From Myxococcales bacterium (lineage in GTDB: Bacteria; Myxococcota; Myxococcia; Myxococcales; Anaeromyxobacteraceae): a stretch of 51,950 bases of DNA. Position numbers and translations under genes: made by a program. Shown piece after piece: positions 1-11,586 of this stretch. Every line of letters begins with the position of its first letter. Position 1 is the stretch's first letter. Below the pieces are notes generated by a model. It saw only the letters and a program-made list of their open reading frames with translations. It had not been told where the DNA came from and searched no databases. Location of the stretch: assembly GCA_038320275.1 (NCBI GenBank), contig JBBQEB010000007.1:1-51950 (forward strand). The letters run 5' to 3'.

Positions 1-477
1 CTCGCCATCCTCATCGAGGACGAGGCCCGCGAGCGCTACGCCGAGTTCTCGCGCATCGTCGGAGGGCGCTACGCGGGCGATGCCGCCGACATGTGCCGCA
101 TGATGGCGGGCTACGAGGCGAAGCACGGCCAGCAGCTCACCGAGCGGCGCCAGCGCCTGTTTGGCAACGCCCCCAGCCGGCTCACGCGAGACATGCTCGA
201 CGACGCCGAGGCGCCCGACCGTGGCAAGCCGCGCGTGTTCATGTCGGCGCGCGCCGCCATGGAGATGGCGCTCTCGTCCGAGGAGAAGGCCTACGACTTC
301 TTCGCGGGGGCGCTGCCGCACGTCGTCGACCCGGACGTCCGCACACTGTTCGAGGAGCTGAAGGCGGAGGAACTGCAGCACCAGGCGATGGTGCGCGAGC
401 GGCTCCGCGCGCTACCCCCCGGCCCCGACGTCGACGAGGACGAGGCCGACGAGCCGGGGAGCGACCCGGGCAATTGA
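1..477 (+). CDS. Ferritin-like/rubrerythrin family diiron protein (5'-truncated by window edge)
   Basis: Frame is open from base 1 (LAILIEDEARERYAEF...). Two E..ExxH-type helix pairs (IEDEARERY/YEAKH and SEEKAYDFF/EELQH) and an acidic C-terminal tail. Confidence 0.8.
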   Translation, partial: LAILIEDEARERYAEFSRIVGGRYAGDAADMCRMMAGYEAKHGQQLTERRQRLFGNAPSRLTRDMLDDAEAPDRGKPRVFMSARAAMEMALSSEEKAYDFFAGALPHVVDPDVRTLFEELKAEELQHQAMVRERLRALPPGPDVDEDEADEPGSDPGN

Positions 478-502
478 TCGGAGGGCCGCCGCTCCGCGGA
501 CC

Positions 503-1509
<1,007 letters not shown>

Positions 1510-1510
<1 letters not shown>

Positions 1511-2772
1511 CAGGATCCTCCTCGGCGCCGGAGCGCCTCGAGGCAGCGCTGCAGGGTGTCCTCCGTTCCGAACGCGCCCGCCTTGGTGACCACGGTCAGC
1601 GGGCGTTCACCGTCGGCGCGACCCATGGGCACGCCAGGCTCGACCTCACCGATGAGCGTGAGCCCGCCCGCTCCAAGCTCCGCCAGGAGGGCCCGGGCGA
1701 TGTCGCCGCCCGTGGCGACGACGCCGCCGACCCTTCCCACCAGTGGCGCGGCCAGCCGGGCCAGCGCGCTCGCGAGCGCGGGGCCTTGCTCGAGGGGCAC
1801 CAGCTCGTCGAGCGAGATCATCGCCACCGCATCGCCTCCCCGACCGGTCGCTGCCTCCAGCGCGGCGGCTGCGCGCTCCCAGGCCGGGTCGCCCGCGCCG
1901 GCGAGGAGGGCCGCCGGCGCCACCACCACCATCGCCACCCCGCCTTTCTCGAGCCGCCTCGCCTGCTGGCGCGCCACGGCGGACCGGCTTCCCACCAGGA
2001 ACAGCACCGGCCCTGCCGCTGGAATCGCTCGCTCGGAGCTCTGTCCCGCGGGCCGCAGGGAGAGCGCGGCGGGAAGGTGGCGCGCCAAACCAGCGGAGCC
2101 CATCCAGACGGCCTGTCCGCCCAGGCGGGCGCCGGCCTCGGCGATGCGCCGGAGGTCGTCTTCTCCCTCCGCGTCGCACACCGCTGCGTCCACGCCCCGC
2201 GCCGCCATGGCATCGAGGATACCGTGCAGCGCGTCCACGCCTTCGCGCACCAGCGGCAGGCGCACGACCTCGGCCGTGAGTCCCGCCCCGTGGAGCATCG
2301 CCGGGAGGTTGGCGGGCCCTTGCATCCCCGACTTCTGCCAGACCTCCGTCTTCTCCAGCAGAGTGCCGCCCACGAGCACAGCGCCGTCGCGAACGATACG
2401 TCCGGTGGCGGGAAAGGCGGGAGAGGCGACGAGCAGCGGGCGCTTCCGACCCCTCGCCGGATCGAATGCGCGGCAGGTAGCGGCTGCCTCCACTCCGACG
2501 TGCCCGCGGAGGGTGGAGTCGATCTTCTTGTAGAGCGCGCGGGGCGAGCCCTGGAGCGCCCGCCGGGTGACCTCCCCGGCCCTGGCCGCCGCCTCGGCGG
2601 CCCTCCCGAGCCTGCGCGTGTCCATGTCGATCGCCACCACCTGGACATCGGCGGGAGGCTCGGCATCGTCGCGAAAGGCGACCCAGGAGCGCAGCCCGGC
2701 CAGCGTGAAGGCAATGCCGGTGTCGGCCGCACCGGTGAGGTCGTCGGCGAGGATGATGACGTCCACCGGCAC
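1510..2772 (-). CDS. Four-carbon acid sugar kinase (DUF1537 family, DtnK-like)
   Basis: ILADDLTGAAD, YKKIDSTLRG, ATGGDIA and TKAGAFG motifs. GTG start at 2772 after GAGG; stop overlaps the pdxA start (TGATG). Confidence 0.9.
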
Positions 2773-2774
2773 GG

Positions 2775-3776
2775 CTACCTCGCCGAGGATGACGGTGTGG
2801 AGGTCCCGAGGGCGGCTCCGGCGGCTCCCACCGTGCGGCGGTGCCACCAGGCCGTGATGATGGGGACGACGATCGCTGTCACCACCACGCTGGTGGCGAC
2901 GAGGACCGTCGCCGTGGCGGCGGCCGGCCTGTAGGCGGGATTCGCGGCCGCGACGATGGCCGGCACTGCCGCAGCGTTGCCGGCGGTGGAGGCCGCCGCC
3001 AGCCCAGCCGTGCCATTGCCGCCGGTGAGCTTGTCGACCGTGAGGAGCACGACGCCCGTCACGACCACCACGAACAGGCCCAGTCCGAGCCCCAGGAGGC
3101 CCGCCTTCCAGACGGTGGTGAGGTTGATCCCGGCGCCCAGCGCGAAGGAGAAGAACGGGATCATGACCGGGACGGCGCGGCCGAGGAACTCGCGCATGTT
3201 CCTGTCCAGGTTGCCGAGCAGCATGCCCACCGCGAGGGGCAGGATGGCGCCCACCAGCGCCTGCCAGGGAAAGGAGGACAGCCCTGCAACACCGAGCGTC
3301 ACCATGGTGAGGAAGGGGCCCGACTCGACGCTCATGATGGAGTAGGCGGCCACGTCCCGCGGCTGGCCGAACTGGCCCATGAGCGCCATGTACAGTCCGC
3401 CGTTGGTGTCGTTCATGGCGGCCACCACCGCGAGCGTTGAGAGGCCGGCCAGGAGCCCCCCTTGAACCGGCGACTCGCCCCAGATCCGTCCCAGCACGAT
3501 GCCGACCACCACCGCCGAGAAGATCTTGGCGGCGAAGAGCGCGCCTCCCTTCTTGAGGATGTAGGGGGTCGCCTTGAACTCGATGGTGGCGCCCATGCAG
3601 ACGTAGAAGACCGCCAGGATGGTGAGGGCGCCGCTGAAGAGCGCGCCAGTGAAAGACCCGAAGAATTTCCCGGTGTTCGGCGCGAGCGTGTTGATGATGG
3701 CGCCCGTGAACAGCGGCACGATCATCATGCCGCCCGGCACGCGCTCCAGGGCACGCTTGATCTCGAGGTTGGCCAT
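2775..3776 (-). CDS. kdgT: 2-keto-3-deoxygluconate permease family transporter
   Basis: [33 protein letters not shown] and ASTAGNA motifs; polytopic hydrophobic protein; GGAGGGG RBS upstream. Confidence 0.92.
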   Translation of the reverse strand: MANLEIKRALERVPGGMMIVPLFTGAIINTLAPNTGKFFGSFTGALFSGALTILAVFYVCMGATIEFKATPYILKKGGALFAAKIFSAVVVGIVLGRIWGESPVQGGLLAGLSTLAVVAAMNDTNGGLYMALMGQFGQPRDVAAYSIMSVESGPFLTMVTLGVAGLSSFPWQALVGAILPLAVGMLLGNLDRNMREFLGRAVPVMIPFFSFALGAGINLTTVWKAGLLGLGLGLFVVVVTGVVLLTVDKLTGGNGTAGLAAASTAGNAAAVPAIVAAANPAYRPAAATATVLVATSVVVTAIVVPIITAWWHRRTVGAAGAALGTSTPSSSAR

Positions 3777-3877
3777 CAAGTGAAGTCCCCCTCCGCAACG
3801 ATGTGCATGGGTCCGGCGTTCGCCACCTGTGCTCCGCTCCTGCGCCGGCGAAAGGCAGCCCCGTTACATGAACGGGC

Positions 3878-4384
3878 GTGTCGAAGGCCTTCACCAGCGA
3901 GGAGACCCCAGACGTCGCTCCGCCGAGCAGGGCGCCTGCGCGCCTTGCTCCCGGCGAGATCCGCTACATGACGCCGGAAGGGCGTGCGGAGTTGCAGGCG
4001 GAGGCGTCGCGCCTGGTCTCCCAGCGCGACGCGCTCGCCAGGGGCGAGGAGCCGGCCCGGAGCGCCCGGCGCGGGGAGCTCGACCGGAAGCTGGCGCTGG
4101 TGGAAGCGGCGCTTACGGCGGCGACGGTGCTCGGGCCCGACAGCGCCCCCGAAGGCGTGGCCGGGTTCGGCTGCTGGGTGACGGTGGAGGACGCGGGCGG
4201 TGCGCGAACGACCTGGCGCCTGGTCGGCCCGGACGAGGTCGATGTCTCGAGAAAGCACGTCAGCGTCGAGTCTCCGCTCGGCGCCGCGCTCCTCGGCCAT
4301 GCCCCCGGGGACAGCGTGGAGGTGGAGCGCCCCGCCGGGATGGTGGAATTCACCGTCATCGCGGTGCGGCGCGAGCCCCCCTGA
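3878..4384 (+). CDS. GreA/GreB-family protein lacking the canonical acidic tip
   Basis: MSKAFT start, YMTPEG coiled-coil start, C-terminal LVGPDEVD...VSVESPLGAALLG...GD fold motif. Confidence 0.85.
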   Translation: MSKAFTSEETPDVAPPSRAPARLAPGEIRYMTPEGRAELQAEASRLVSQRDALARGEEPARSARRGELDRKLALVEAALTAATVLGPDSAPEGVAGFGCWVTVEDAGGARTTWRLVGPDEVDVSRKHVSVESPLGAALLGHAPGDSVEVERPAGMVEFTVIAVRREPP

Positions 4385-4415
4385 CGCGGCGACCGGGCAA
4401 GCCGCCTCGGCACCG

Positions 4416-5246
4416 TCACAGCTGGTACAGCGTCGCCCCCTTGCGCGCGTACCCGCGCTCCCGCGCCAGGACGTCGAGGTGCAGGCTGGTCCAGTCGGCC
4501 AGGAAGAGATCCTCTTCCCCTTCGCCGACGTACGTCTTGAGGAACCCCTTGCACGCGGTGCAGAGGTCCACCCGAAGCTCGCGCTCGTCCTCCAGCTCCA
4601 GGAGCTCCGTCCGCTCTCCGCCCTCCGCGGAGCACAGCGGGCAGCCCAGCCGCTTGAAGCGCCAGCGCGTGCGGCAACAGGCGCAGGACAGGAGCCGTTC
4701 GGGCCCGTCCCCGCGGTCGACGAGCTGGGCCATGGCCGGCGGAGCGCCGCAGGTGGGGCACATGGGGCGCTTCCAGCGCGCCTCATCGCCCCTCCAGACC
4801 GCGTACTCCGAGACGAGCGGCCCGAGGAGGTGGGCGAGCACCGTCCACCCCAGGAACCAGAGCAACCCGGGATTCTGCGGTTCCTGCGCGCCGGGGTCGC
4901 CGAGGAGCCAGCGCACCACGGCCTTGCGCGCCTCCGGGCCCTGCCGAAGCTGCTCGCGGACGTGGCGGCACTGCACCAGCATCCCAGCCGGTACCCCCGC
5001 CCCGACGAGCCGGGCCGCCACCCGCTCCAGCGCGTCGGCCGCCCAGTCCCGTACGTCGAGCCCAGCCCCGAGGCTGAGGAGCAGGGGCACGCCCTCGACG
5101 TGCTCGCGGGCATAGGCCGCCCAGCGCGGCACGAACACCACCGGCGTCGCCTCCGCGCGGGCGCTGGCCTCCACCAGCCCCTGGAAGGAGGCCATCCCGG
5201 CGAGAAAGGGATGCGCGTCGATCCAGGCCTCCAGACGGTTGTCCAT
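4416..5246 (-). CDS. fdhE: Formate dehydrogenase accessory protein FdhE
   Basis: CPTCG, CACC-x-TRW, CPLC and CTACKGFLK Cys pairs, then LHLDVLA...GY. Last gene of the fdh operon; ATG at 5246. Confidence 0.9.
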   Translation of the reverse strand: MDNRLEAWIDAHPFLAGMASFQGLVEASARAEATPVVFVPRWAAYAREHVEGVPLLLSLGAGLDVRDWAADALERVAARLVGAGVPAGMLVQCRHVREQLRQGPEARKAVVRWLLGDPGAQEPQNPGLLWFLGWTVLAHLLGPLVSEYAVWRGDEARWKRPMCPTCGAPPAMAQLVDRGDGPERLLSCACCRTRWRFKRLGCPLCSAEGGERTELLELEDERELRVDLCTACKGFLKTYVGEGEEDLFLADWTSLHLDVLARERGYARKGATLYQL

Positions 5247-5296
5247 GGCCCCGCGTTGTCCCACGGACGACGTCCGAGATCGAGCGGCGTCGACGC

Positions 5297-7585
5297 TCAG
5301 CTCCGAGCGGCGCCCTCCTTGGGCAGCACCGGCAGGAGCCGCACGCCGAGGCCGAAGAGGAAGATGGCGGCGGCGATCACGCCCGCGGAGATGCTCCACT
5401 CGACGAAGCTCGGTGCGTAGGCCTGGGGCACGAAGGCGGGAGCGATGCCCCGGAGCTGCATCCCGAGCAGCACCACGTCCACGCGGTGGAGCACCACCCC
5501 GGCGCAGGAGAGGAAGGCTGCGACTCCCAGCAGCCAGGGAGTCTCCCTCACCTTGCGGATCGCGAGCAGGAGGAGCGGCACGAGTCCGCCCACCACCACC
5601 TCGGCGGTGAAGAGCCCGCCCTTGGGGCCCGTGAAGGCGCTCCCGATCAGCCCGCGGAAGGCGAGGTCGCCCAGGCGGAAGGCCAGCGCCACGAAGAGCG
5701 CCGCGAAGGCGATGCGGCCGATCGCTGCGAGCTGCGCCGGACGCACCTGGCGGTTCCAGGCCCGGGCGATCCAGAGCTCCACGAGGATGAGGAGCGCCGT
5801 GCCGGCCGAGATGGACGACAGGAAGAAGGAGATGGGCATGACCGGCGACCACCACTGCGCGGCGAGCTTGTCGGGCATGAGGAGGAACAGCGAGCCCAGC
5901 GAGCTCTGGTGCATGGTGGAAAGCGTCACCGCCGCGATGGCGAGCATGATGGGCTCGGGGCGGACGCCGGGGCGGGCCCGGAAGGCGTAGGCGAGGCCGG
6001 AGAAGAGCGCCGCGGCTGCGCCTGCGTAGAGGACGCTGCGCGAGACGAGGTACACGAAGAGCGTCAGCACCCCCGCCACGTACCAGGGCGCGTACCTCCT
6101 CCAGAGCTCGGTCCAGCGCACGAGGCCCCAGCGCTCCAGGGGCACGGGCAGGAACTCGAGCATGAGCACCGTCACGTACAGCCCGACGCACCAGGAGACC
6201 TCGAACATGGCGGAATGCGACGGCGCGTTGAACGCGAGCTGCCAGGCATGCCAGGGCAGGCCGAGGTCGGCGACGAGCGTCACCGTGACGAAGGAGTAGG
6301 AGAGCAGGCCGAGGAGCACGGCGGTGCGGCCGACCGAGTAGAGGTCGGTCCGGCGCAGGCAGTAGATGAGCCCGGCGCTGGCGAACGCTCCCGCCGCGAT
6401 CGCGATCCAGATGAGGTCGAAGACGATCCAGAGCCCCCAGGCGTGGGTGTCGGAGAGGCTGGTGGTGCGCCCCAGGCCGAGCGCGAAGCGCGCCGCGAAG
6501 GACATCGCCCCGAGCCCCATCACGCCGGCGAGGAGCAGGTTCACCGGCGTCCACAGCGGCCGCGCCAGGGGCTCGAACTCGACGTGGGGCTCGGCGTGAG
6601 CGGCGGGGGCCGGCGTGGCGTCCTGCTTCGGCCGCAGAGACTGTACGGTGGCCGGCGCCGTCCGGGGCAAGGTCTTCCGCTCCGCCTGGGCGGGTGCCGT
6701 CTCCTCGCGGGCCACCGCCGTCCTCCGCTGCGAGAGCGCATAGGCGCCGCCCAGCACGGCTCCGACGCCCAGCACGGCAGGGGGGACCGCGCCCAGCGCG
6801 ATGCGCGAGGGGGCGGGGTAGGACTTCAGGCCCACGTCGGGCAGCCCCAGCTCGCCGAAGGGAACGCTCGCGAGGTACAGCGTGTCCGTCCCGCCGGCCT
6901 CCTTCTCGCCGTACACGTGGGCGACGTACTTGCCTGGGCTCTCCGCGATCCGCCGGTGAGCCTCGGCCAGCATCGCGTCGCGGTCTCCGTAGCTGAGCGC
7001 GCCGGCCGGGCAGGACTTCACGCAGGCTGGAACGGCCTGCGCGGCGGCGTAGCGCGTCAGCTCCTCGGAGGTCAGCAGGACGCCGTTGCGCTCCACCGAC
7101 GCCGGGGTCTCCAGCCGGTCATGGCACCCGGTGCACTTGCGGATCTTGGGCGCCAGCGACGACCACTCCGCGGTGGGGACGCCGAACGGGCAGGCCCACA
7201 TGCAGTAGCGGCAGCCCACGCACTTCGCGTCGTCGTAGACCACCGGGCCTTCCGGGGTCTTGTGCATGGCGGTGACGGGGCAGGCCGCCGCGCAGGCCGG
7301 CTCCTCGCAGTGCATGCAGCCGCGCTTCGTGAAGACGAGCCGGAGCCCGCCCGGCGCGCGGGGATCCTCCACCTCGGACGACTGCAGGATGCTGAAGGTG
7401 CTGGCGGAGAGCGCGGCGGGGTTCTGCATGCCGCGCGGGCCGGTGGGCAGCTCCGTCTTCTCGCCGGGCAGCCCGTTCCAGCTCTTGCAGGCGACCTGGC
7501 AGGAGCGGCAGCCGACGCACTTCGTGGTGTCGATGAGCTTGGCGCTGCGCTTCGCGGCAGCCTTCTCTGGGGTCGCGTGGTTCAT
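5297..7585 (-). CDS. Fused formate dehydrogenase beta subunit (4x[4Fe-4S], FdnH/HybA-like) + NrfD/HybB-type membrane subunit
   Basis: N-terminal CVGCRSCQVAC, CMHCEEPACAAAC, CVGCRYCMWAC and CTGC...PACVKSC, a TM helix and an Ala/Pro linker. Then NrfD motifs WGLWIVFD, DLGLPW, SAMFEVSWC and LSTMHQSSLG. One uninterrupted 762-aa frame. Confidence 0.9.
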   Translation of the reverse strand: MNHATPEKAAAKRSAKLIDTTKCVGCRSCQVACKSWNGLPGEKTELPTGPRGMQNPAALSASTFSILQSSEVEDPRAPGGLRLVFTKRGCMHCEEPACAAACPVTAMHKTPEGPVVYDDAKCVGCRYCMWACPFGVPTAEWSSLAPKIRKCTGCHDRLETPASVERNGVLLTSEELTRYAAAQAVPACVKSCPAGALSYGDRDAMLAEAHRRIAESPGKYVAHVYGEKEAGGTDTLYLASVPFGELGLPDVGLKSYPAPSRIALGAVPPAVLGVGAVLGGAYALSQRRTAVAREETAPAQAERKTLPRTAPATVQSLRPKQDATPAPAAHAEPHVEFEPLARPLWTPVNLLLAGVMGLGAMSFAARFALGLGRTTSLSDTHAWGLWIVFDLIWIAIAAGAFASAGLIYCLRRTDLYSVGRTAVLLGLLSYSFVTVTLVADLGLPWHAWQLAFNAPSHSAMFEVSWCVGLYVTVLMLEFLPVPLERWGLVRWTELWRRYAPWYVAGVLTLFVYLVSRSVLYAGAAAALFSGLAYAFRARPGVRPEPIMLAIAAVTLSTMHQSSLGSLFLLMPDKLAAQWWSPVMPISFFLSSISAGTALLILVELWIARAWNRQVRPAQLAAIGRIAFAALFVALAFRLGDLAFRGLIGSAFTGPKGGLFTAEVVVGGLVPLLLLAIRKVRETPWLLGVAAFLSCAGVVLHRVDVVLLGMQLRGIAPAFVPQAYAPSFVEWSISAGVIAAAIFLFGLGVRLLPVLPKEGAARS

Positions 7586-7609
7586 GGTCTTCTCCAGGGC
7601 GAGCGCGGA

Positions 7610-10600
7610 CTACCGCGACGCGACCGTGGCCTCCCCTTCCGCCTTCCGGACGTTCACCAGGCACGCCTTCGTCTCCTGCGTGCCCGCTCCGGGATCCCCC
7701 GCGTCGATGGTGAGGACGTTCGTGCTGGGGCCGGTGCTGAGACCCTTGAACCCCCAGTTGTAGGGCATCCAGACCACCGTCACCTCCTGGCCCTGGATGC
7801 GGAGCGTCTGCATGCGCTTCGTCACCACGGCTTTCACCACGAGCTCGCCGCGCGCCGAGGAGACCTTGGCCCGGTCGCCCGTCTTCATCCCCAGCTTCGC
7901 CGCCAGCTTCTCCGGGATCTCCACCATCGGCTCCGGCACGAGCTCGTTGAGCCACGCCACGTTGCGGGTGGTCGACCCCGCGCACCAGTGCTCCGCCATG
8001 CTCGAGGTCATGAGCACGAAGGGGAAGTCGCGGGTGGTGCCGATGGGCTGCTTCGACTTCACTCGCGGATACTTGAGGCATGGGTTCGTCGCCACGGCCG
8101 GGTGCAGCGCGTTCGGCACCGGGCTCTCCACCGGCTCATACATCTCCGGGAACGGCCCGTCCTTCGGGACGTAGGAGGTGTCGCGCGGCACGCCTTCACG
8201 CTTCGGATCCGGGTCGGCGTACGGGTTCGCCATGAGGCGGGCGACGCCCTCGCCGTTCATCCGGAACGGCTTCTGGCCGTTGGGCGTGTCGGGGCCGTCG
8301 GTGGGGACCGGGACGTCGGGCGTGTCGTTGCCCTTCCACTTCTTCTCCGCCTCGTCCCACCAGATGACCGGCTTCGTGCCTGGCCAGGGCTTCCCCTTGG
8401 CGTCGCAGGAGGCGCGGTTGTACAGGATCTTCATGTTGCCGGGCCAGGACCACGCAAACCCTGGGTACGTGCCGAGACCGGCCGGCCCGTCCTTGGGGTC
8501 GCGGCGCTTGGTCAGGTTCTTCCCGCCCTTGAAGACGCCGGCGTAGATCCAGACGCCGCTGGAGGTGGAGCCGTCCGCCTGCAGTTCGCCGATGCCGCCG
8601 ATCGGCTCCCCGGTGGTCAGATTCGTGCCGTTCATCTCGCGCAGCACCGCCTCGGCCATGCCCTGGGCCGGGTAGTTCCAGGCGGCCTTCGCGAGCGGCG
8701 CGTCCTTGGCGTCGGTCGAGCCGGCGTAGAGGTCGCGCACCTTGCGGAAGACCTCGTCGAACACCTCGAGGTCGGCGCGAGCCTGGCCGGGCGGCTTCAC
8801 GCCAGCGTGCCGCCACTGCACCAGGCGGCCGGAGCCGGTGATGGTGCCCTCCTTCTCCATGAAGTACGCGGCGGGGAGGAGGATGACCTCCGTCTTCACC
8901 AGCCTGGGGTCGACGCCGGGACGCTCCCAGAAGGCGGCGGTCTCCGTCTCCCAGAGCTCCTGCACCACCAGCGTCTCGAGGTTGCCAAGCGCCTCGCCGA
9001 CGTAGGTGAGGTTGGGATTCGTGACCATCGGGTTCTGCCCGAGGACCCACATCATCTTGAGGTCGCCCGCGTAGGCGGCGTCGACCATCCCGAAGATCGA
9101 GTAGTCCTTCTTCGCGCTCTTCTTGGGCAGCCAGCCGAAGCCGAAGCCGTTGTCGGCGGTGGCGTTCGTGCCGAACCACGCCTTGAGGCCGTTCACCGCC
9201 CACTTGGCGCGGAAGGTGCCGTTGTGCGCGGTCCACGCCTCGAGCGTGGGCTCGTCGTGGTTCGGGTAGTTGAGGTAGCCGAACATGTACCCGTTGAGCA
9301 CGGACATGTCGCAGGCGCCCTGCACGTTGGGCTCGCCGCGCAGCGCATTCACGCCCCCGCCCGCCTTGCCCATGTTGCCGAGGAGCTGCTGCAGGATGCC
9401 GTAGCAGCGGATGTTCTGGATGCCGACCGTGTGCTGGGTCATCCCGAGCGCGTACAGGATCGTCCCGGGCTTGTTCTTCGCGTACAGCTCGGCGATGAGC
9501 TCGATCTGCGCGGCGGGGATCCCCGAGATCTCGGCCCCGACCTCCAGCGTGTAGCGGCTGAAGTGCTGGCGCAGCTTCGCGAACACGCAGCGCGGATCGT
9601 CGAGGCTCTCCGCCCTGACCGGCTTCCTCGCCTCGGCGTCGAGCGCGTACGACCAGGAGGCGTTCTGGTAGGCGTGCTTCTCGGCGTCGTACCCGGTGAA
9701 CAGCCCGCCCTCGAAGCCGAACGCGTCGTCCACCAGCAGGAGCGCGTTGGTGTGCAGCTTCACGTACTCCTCGTCGTAGAGCCGCTTCTCGAGGATGTGG
9801 TGGATCATCGCCGACAGGAACGCGATGTCCGCGCCGGGGCGGATGCGCGCGTACACGTCGGCGATGGAGGAGGTGCGATTGAAGCGCGGATCGACGTGGA
9901 TGATCTTGGCGCCGTTCGCCTGCGCCTTGCGGATCCACTTCATGGCGATGACGTGGTTCTCGGCGGTGTTCGAGCCCTCGATGAGGAAGACCTTGGCGTT
10001 CTGGAGATCGGCCCAGTGGTTCGTCATCGCGCCGCGGCCGAACGATGCCCCCAGACTGGGGACGGTGGGGCTGTGTCAAAGGCGCGCTTGGTGCTCGACG
10101 TACGACGTGCCGAAGAGCCTCCCCATCTTGTTCCAGAGGTAGCACTCCTCGTTCGTGCTCTGCGCCCCGCCGAGGAAGCCGATGCCATCGGTGCGATGGA
10201 CCGGGTGCTCGCCGGCGGCGTCTTTCTCGGTGGCCACCCAGGTCGTGTCCCGCACCGACTTCACCTTGCGGGCGATCCTGGCGATGGCCTCCTCCCAGGT
10301 GATGTCCTGCCAGTGGTCGGAGCCCGGCGCGCGGTAGCGCGGCGTCTGGAGGCGGCGGGGCGAGGTGTGCGTCGCCACCATGGCGCTGCCCTTGGCGCAC
10401 AGGGAGCCACCGTTGATGACGTGGTCGGGGTCCCCCTCCAGCGTGAGCAGCTCGCCGTCCTTCACCCGCCCGAGCATGCCGCAGCCCACCGAGCAGAAGT
10501 TGCAGGCGGTGGTGTACTCCTTGGCGTGGGAGATCCTGAGCTTGCCCGCCGCCGCCCGGGCCTGGGGCACGTCCAGGAGGCCCGCCACCGCCAGCCCCGC

Positions 10601-10648
10601 GCCGCCGCCCGCCACGTACTTCAACCAGTCACGCCTGCCGAGGTCCAT
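7610..10648 (-). CDS. fdnG: Formate dehydrogenase-N-type alpha subunit, selenocysteine-containing, Tat-exported (about 1012 aa)
   Basis: Tat motif GRRDWLK and CNFCSVGC...GSLCAKG cluster motif. In-frame TGA at 10076-10078 in HQARL-U-HSPTVPSLGASFGRGAMTNHW joins the two track ORFs. LRGEPNVQG motif; GGGGAG RBS. Confidence 0.95.
10043..10078 (-). promoter_or_regulatory. Sec UGA codon and bacterial SECIS hairpin
   Basis: UGA CACAGCCCCACC GUCCCCA-GUC-UGGGGGC: a 7-bp stem with AGUCU apex starting 12 nt after the UGA, in the same position as the E. coli fdnG SECIS. Confidence 0.85.
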
Positions 10649-10816
10649 CGTCGCAGCTCCCCTGCCTTGGGGGCCGCGAGGCGGCCGAAGGCGGTCAACG
10701 GGTATTCCGAAAGGAACCCCACTCTGCTGAGGGGCGGAATGAAGCGTCAACCCAGCCAATCTCGCGCAATGCGTCACGAAATCACACGAGGTGTACGAGA
10801 GCGCAATGGTCGATGA

Positions 10817-10830
10817 TTGATGCTGGTCAA
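10817..10830. promoter_or_regulatory. Putative FNR/CRP-family binding site upstream of the fdh operon
   Basis: TTGAT-GCTG-GTCAA is a 9/10 match to TTGAT-N4-ATCAA, in an AT-richer intergenic region about 170 bp upstream of fdnG. Confidence 0.45.
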
Positions 10831-10956
10831 GGGGTGCGTCAAAAAGGCGCGCCAGTCGTACATCGGGTCGCACCCAAACAGCACGCAAAGGATGCGCGGT
10901 GCCTGCCTCCGACCGTTCTTTGCCCCTGCAACTTTTTCCGCGCGCGACCCCTCGCC

Positions 10957-11586
10957 TCACTCTTTCGGGGGGCTAGTTTCCAGAGCGAAACCCGCCGCTG
11001 CGAACTCTCCGGGCGTGTTGGCGCCTCGCAATGCGGGAGCAATGCCGGGGGGCAGCGGAAGCCTCTCGACTCCCGCGAGCTCGAGGAAGCACCGCACCGA
11101 GCGCGCGCTCGCGGGACCTCGACAGAGAGCACGCGCCACATCCAGGGACTCGGGGCTCGCCAGCACCAGCGCGGGCAGTTCCTCTCCGTGGTAGGCGCGG
11201 GTCGCGACCCCGCCTGCGAGGAGGGGCAGGAGCGCCTCCTCGGTGAGCGCGGGCAGATCGACGGGAACGAAGAGCAACGCGGTGGGTCGGGCCGGTTCGG
11301 GGACGCGGCACGCGTCCTCCAGCACCGCCGCCATGCCCCCGACCGGACCCAGCTCCCTTGCCGTGTCGGCGATGCATCGCTGACCTTCGACGTCGCCGCT
11401 GACGAGCACGATGGGCGCCAGGCCGCGCGCTTCCAGGGCTCGACCGAGCACGGCGACCACCCGATCGACCAGCCTTCCGCCGCCCGGCCACGGCAGGGAC
11501 GCCTTGTCGCGCCCCATCCTGCTCGACCGCCCACCCGCGAGGACGACGCCCCAGACCGACGCTGGTAAGGGCGCGGGCTCAGCCAC
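10957..11586 (-). CDS. mobA: Molybdenum cofactor guanylyltransferase
   Basis: GVVLAGGRSSRMGRDKA, GPVGG, PVDLP and ANTP motifs. GTG start overlaps the end of moaA. Confidence 0.88.
   Translation of the reverse strand: MAEPAPLPASVWGVVLAGGRSSRMGRDKASLPWPGGGRLVDRVVAVLGRALEARGLAPIVLVSGDVEGQRCIADTARELGPVGGMAAVLEDACRVPEPARPTALLFVPVDLPALTEEALLPLLAGGVATRAYHGEELPALVLASPESLDVARALCRGPASARSVRCFLELAGVERLPLPPGIAPALRGANTPGEFAAAGFALETSPPKE

Noticed and set aside
420..477. Encapsulin cargo-loading peptide on the ferritin-like protein
   Set aside because: The tail is acidic (DVDEDEADEPGSDPGN) and lacks the L-x-V/I-GSL motif; no encapsulin gene is in the window.
10076..10078. Nonsense mutation/pseudogene in fdnG
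   Set aside because: The UGA is at the catalytic Sec/Cys position and is followed by a SECIS-like hairpin.
5486..10816. 1776-aa plus-strand ORF
   Set aside because: Antisense shadow of the fdh genes, as expected from high-GC codon bias; no recognisable motifs.
10838..10856. Sigma54 promoter for fdh (minus-strand TGGCGCGCCTTTTTGA)
   Set aside because: Does not meet the strict GG-N10-GC spacing.
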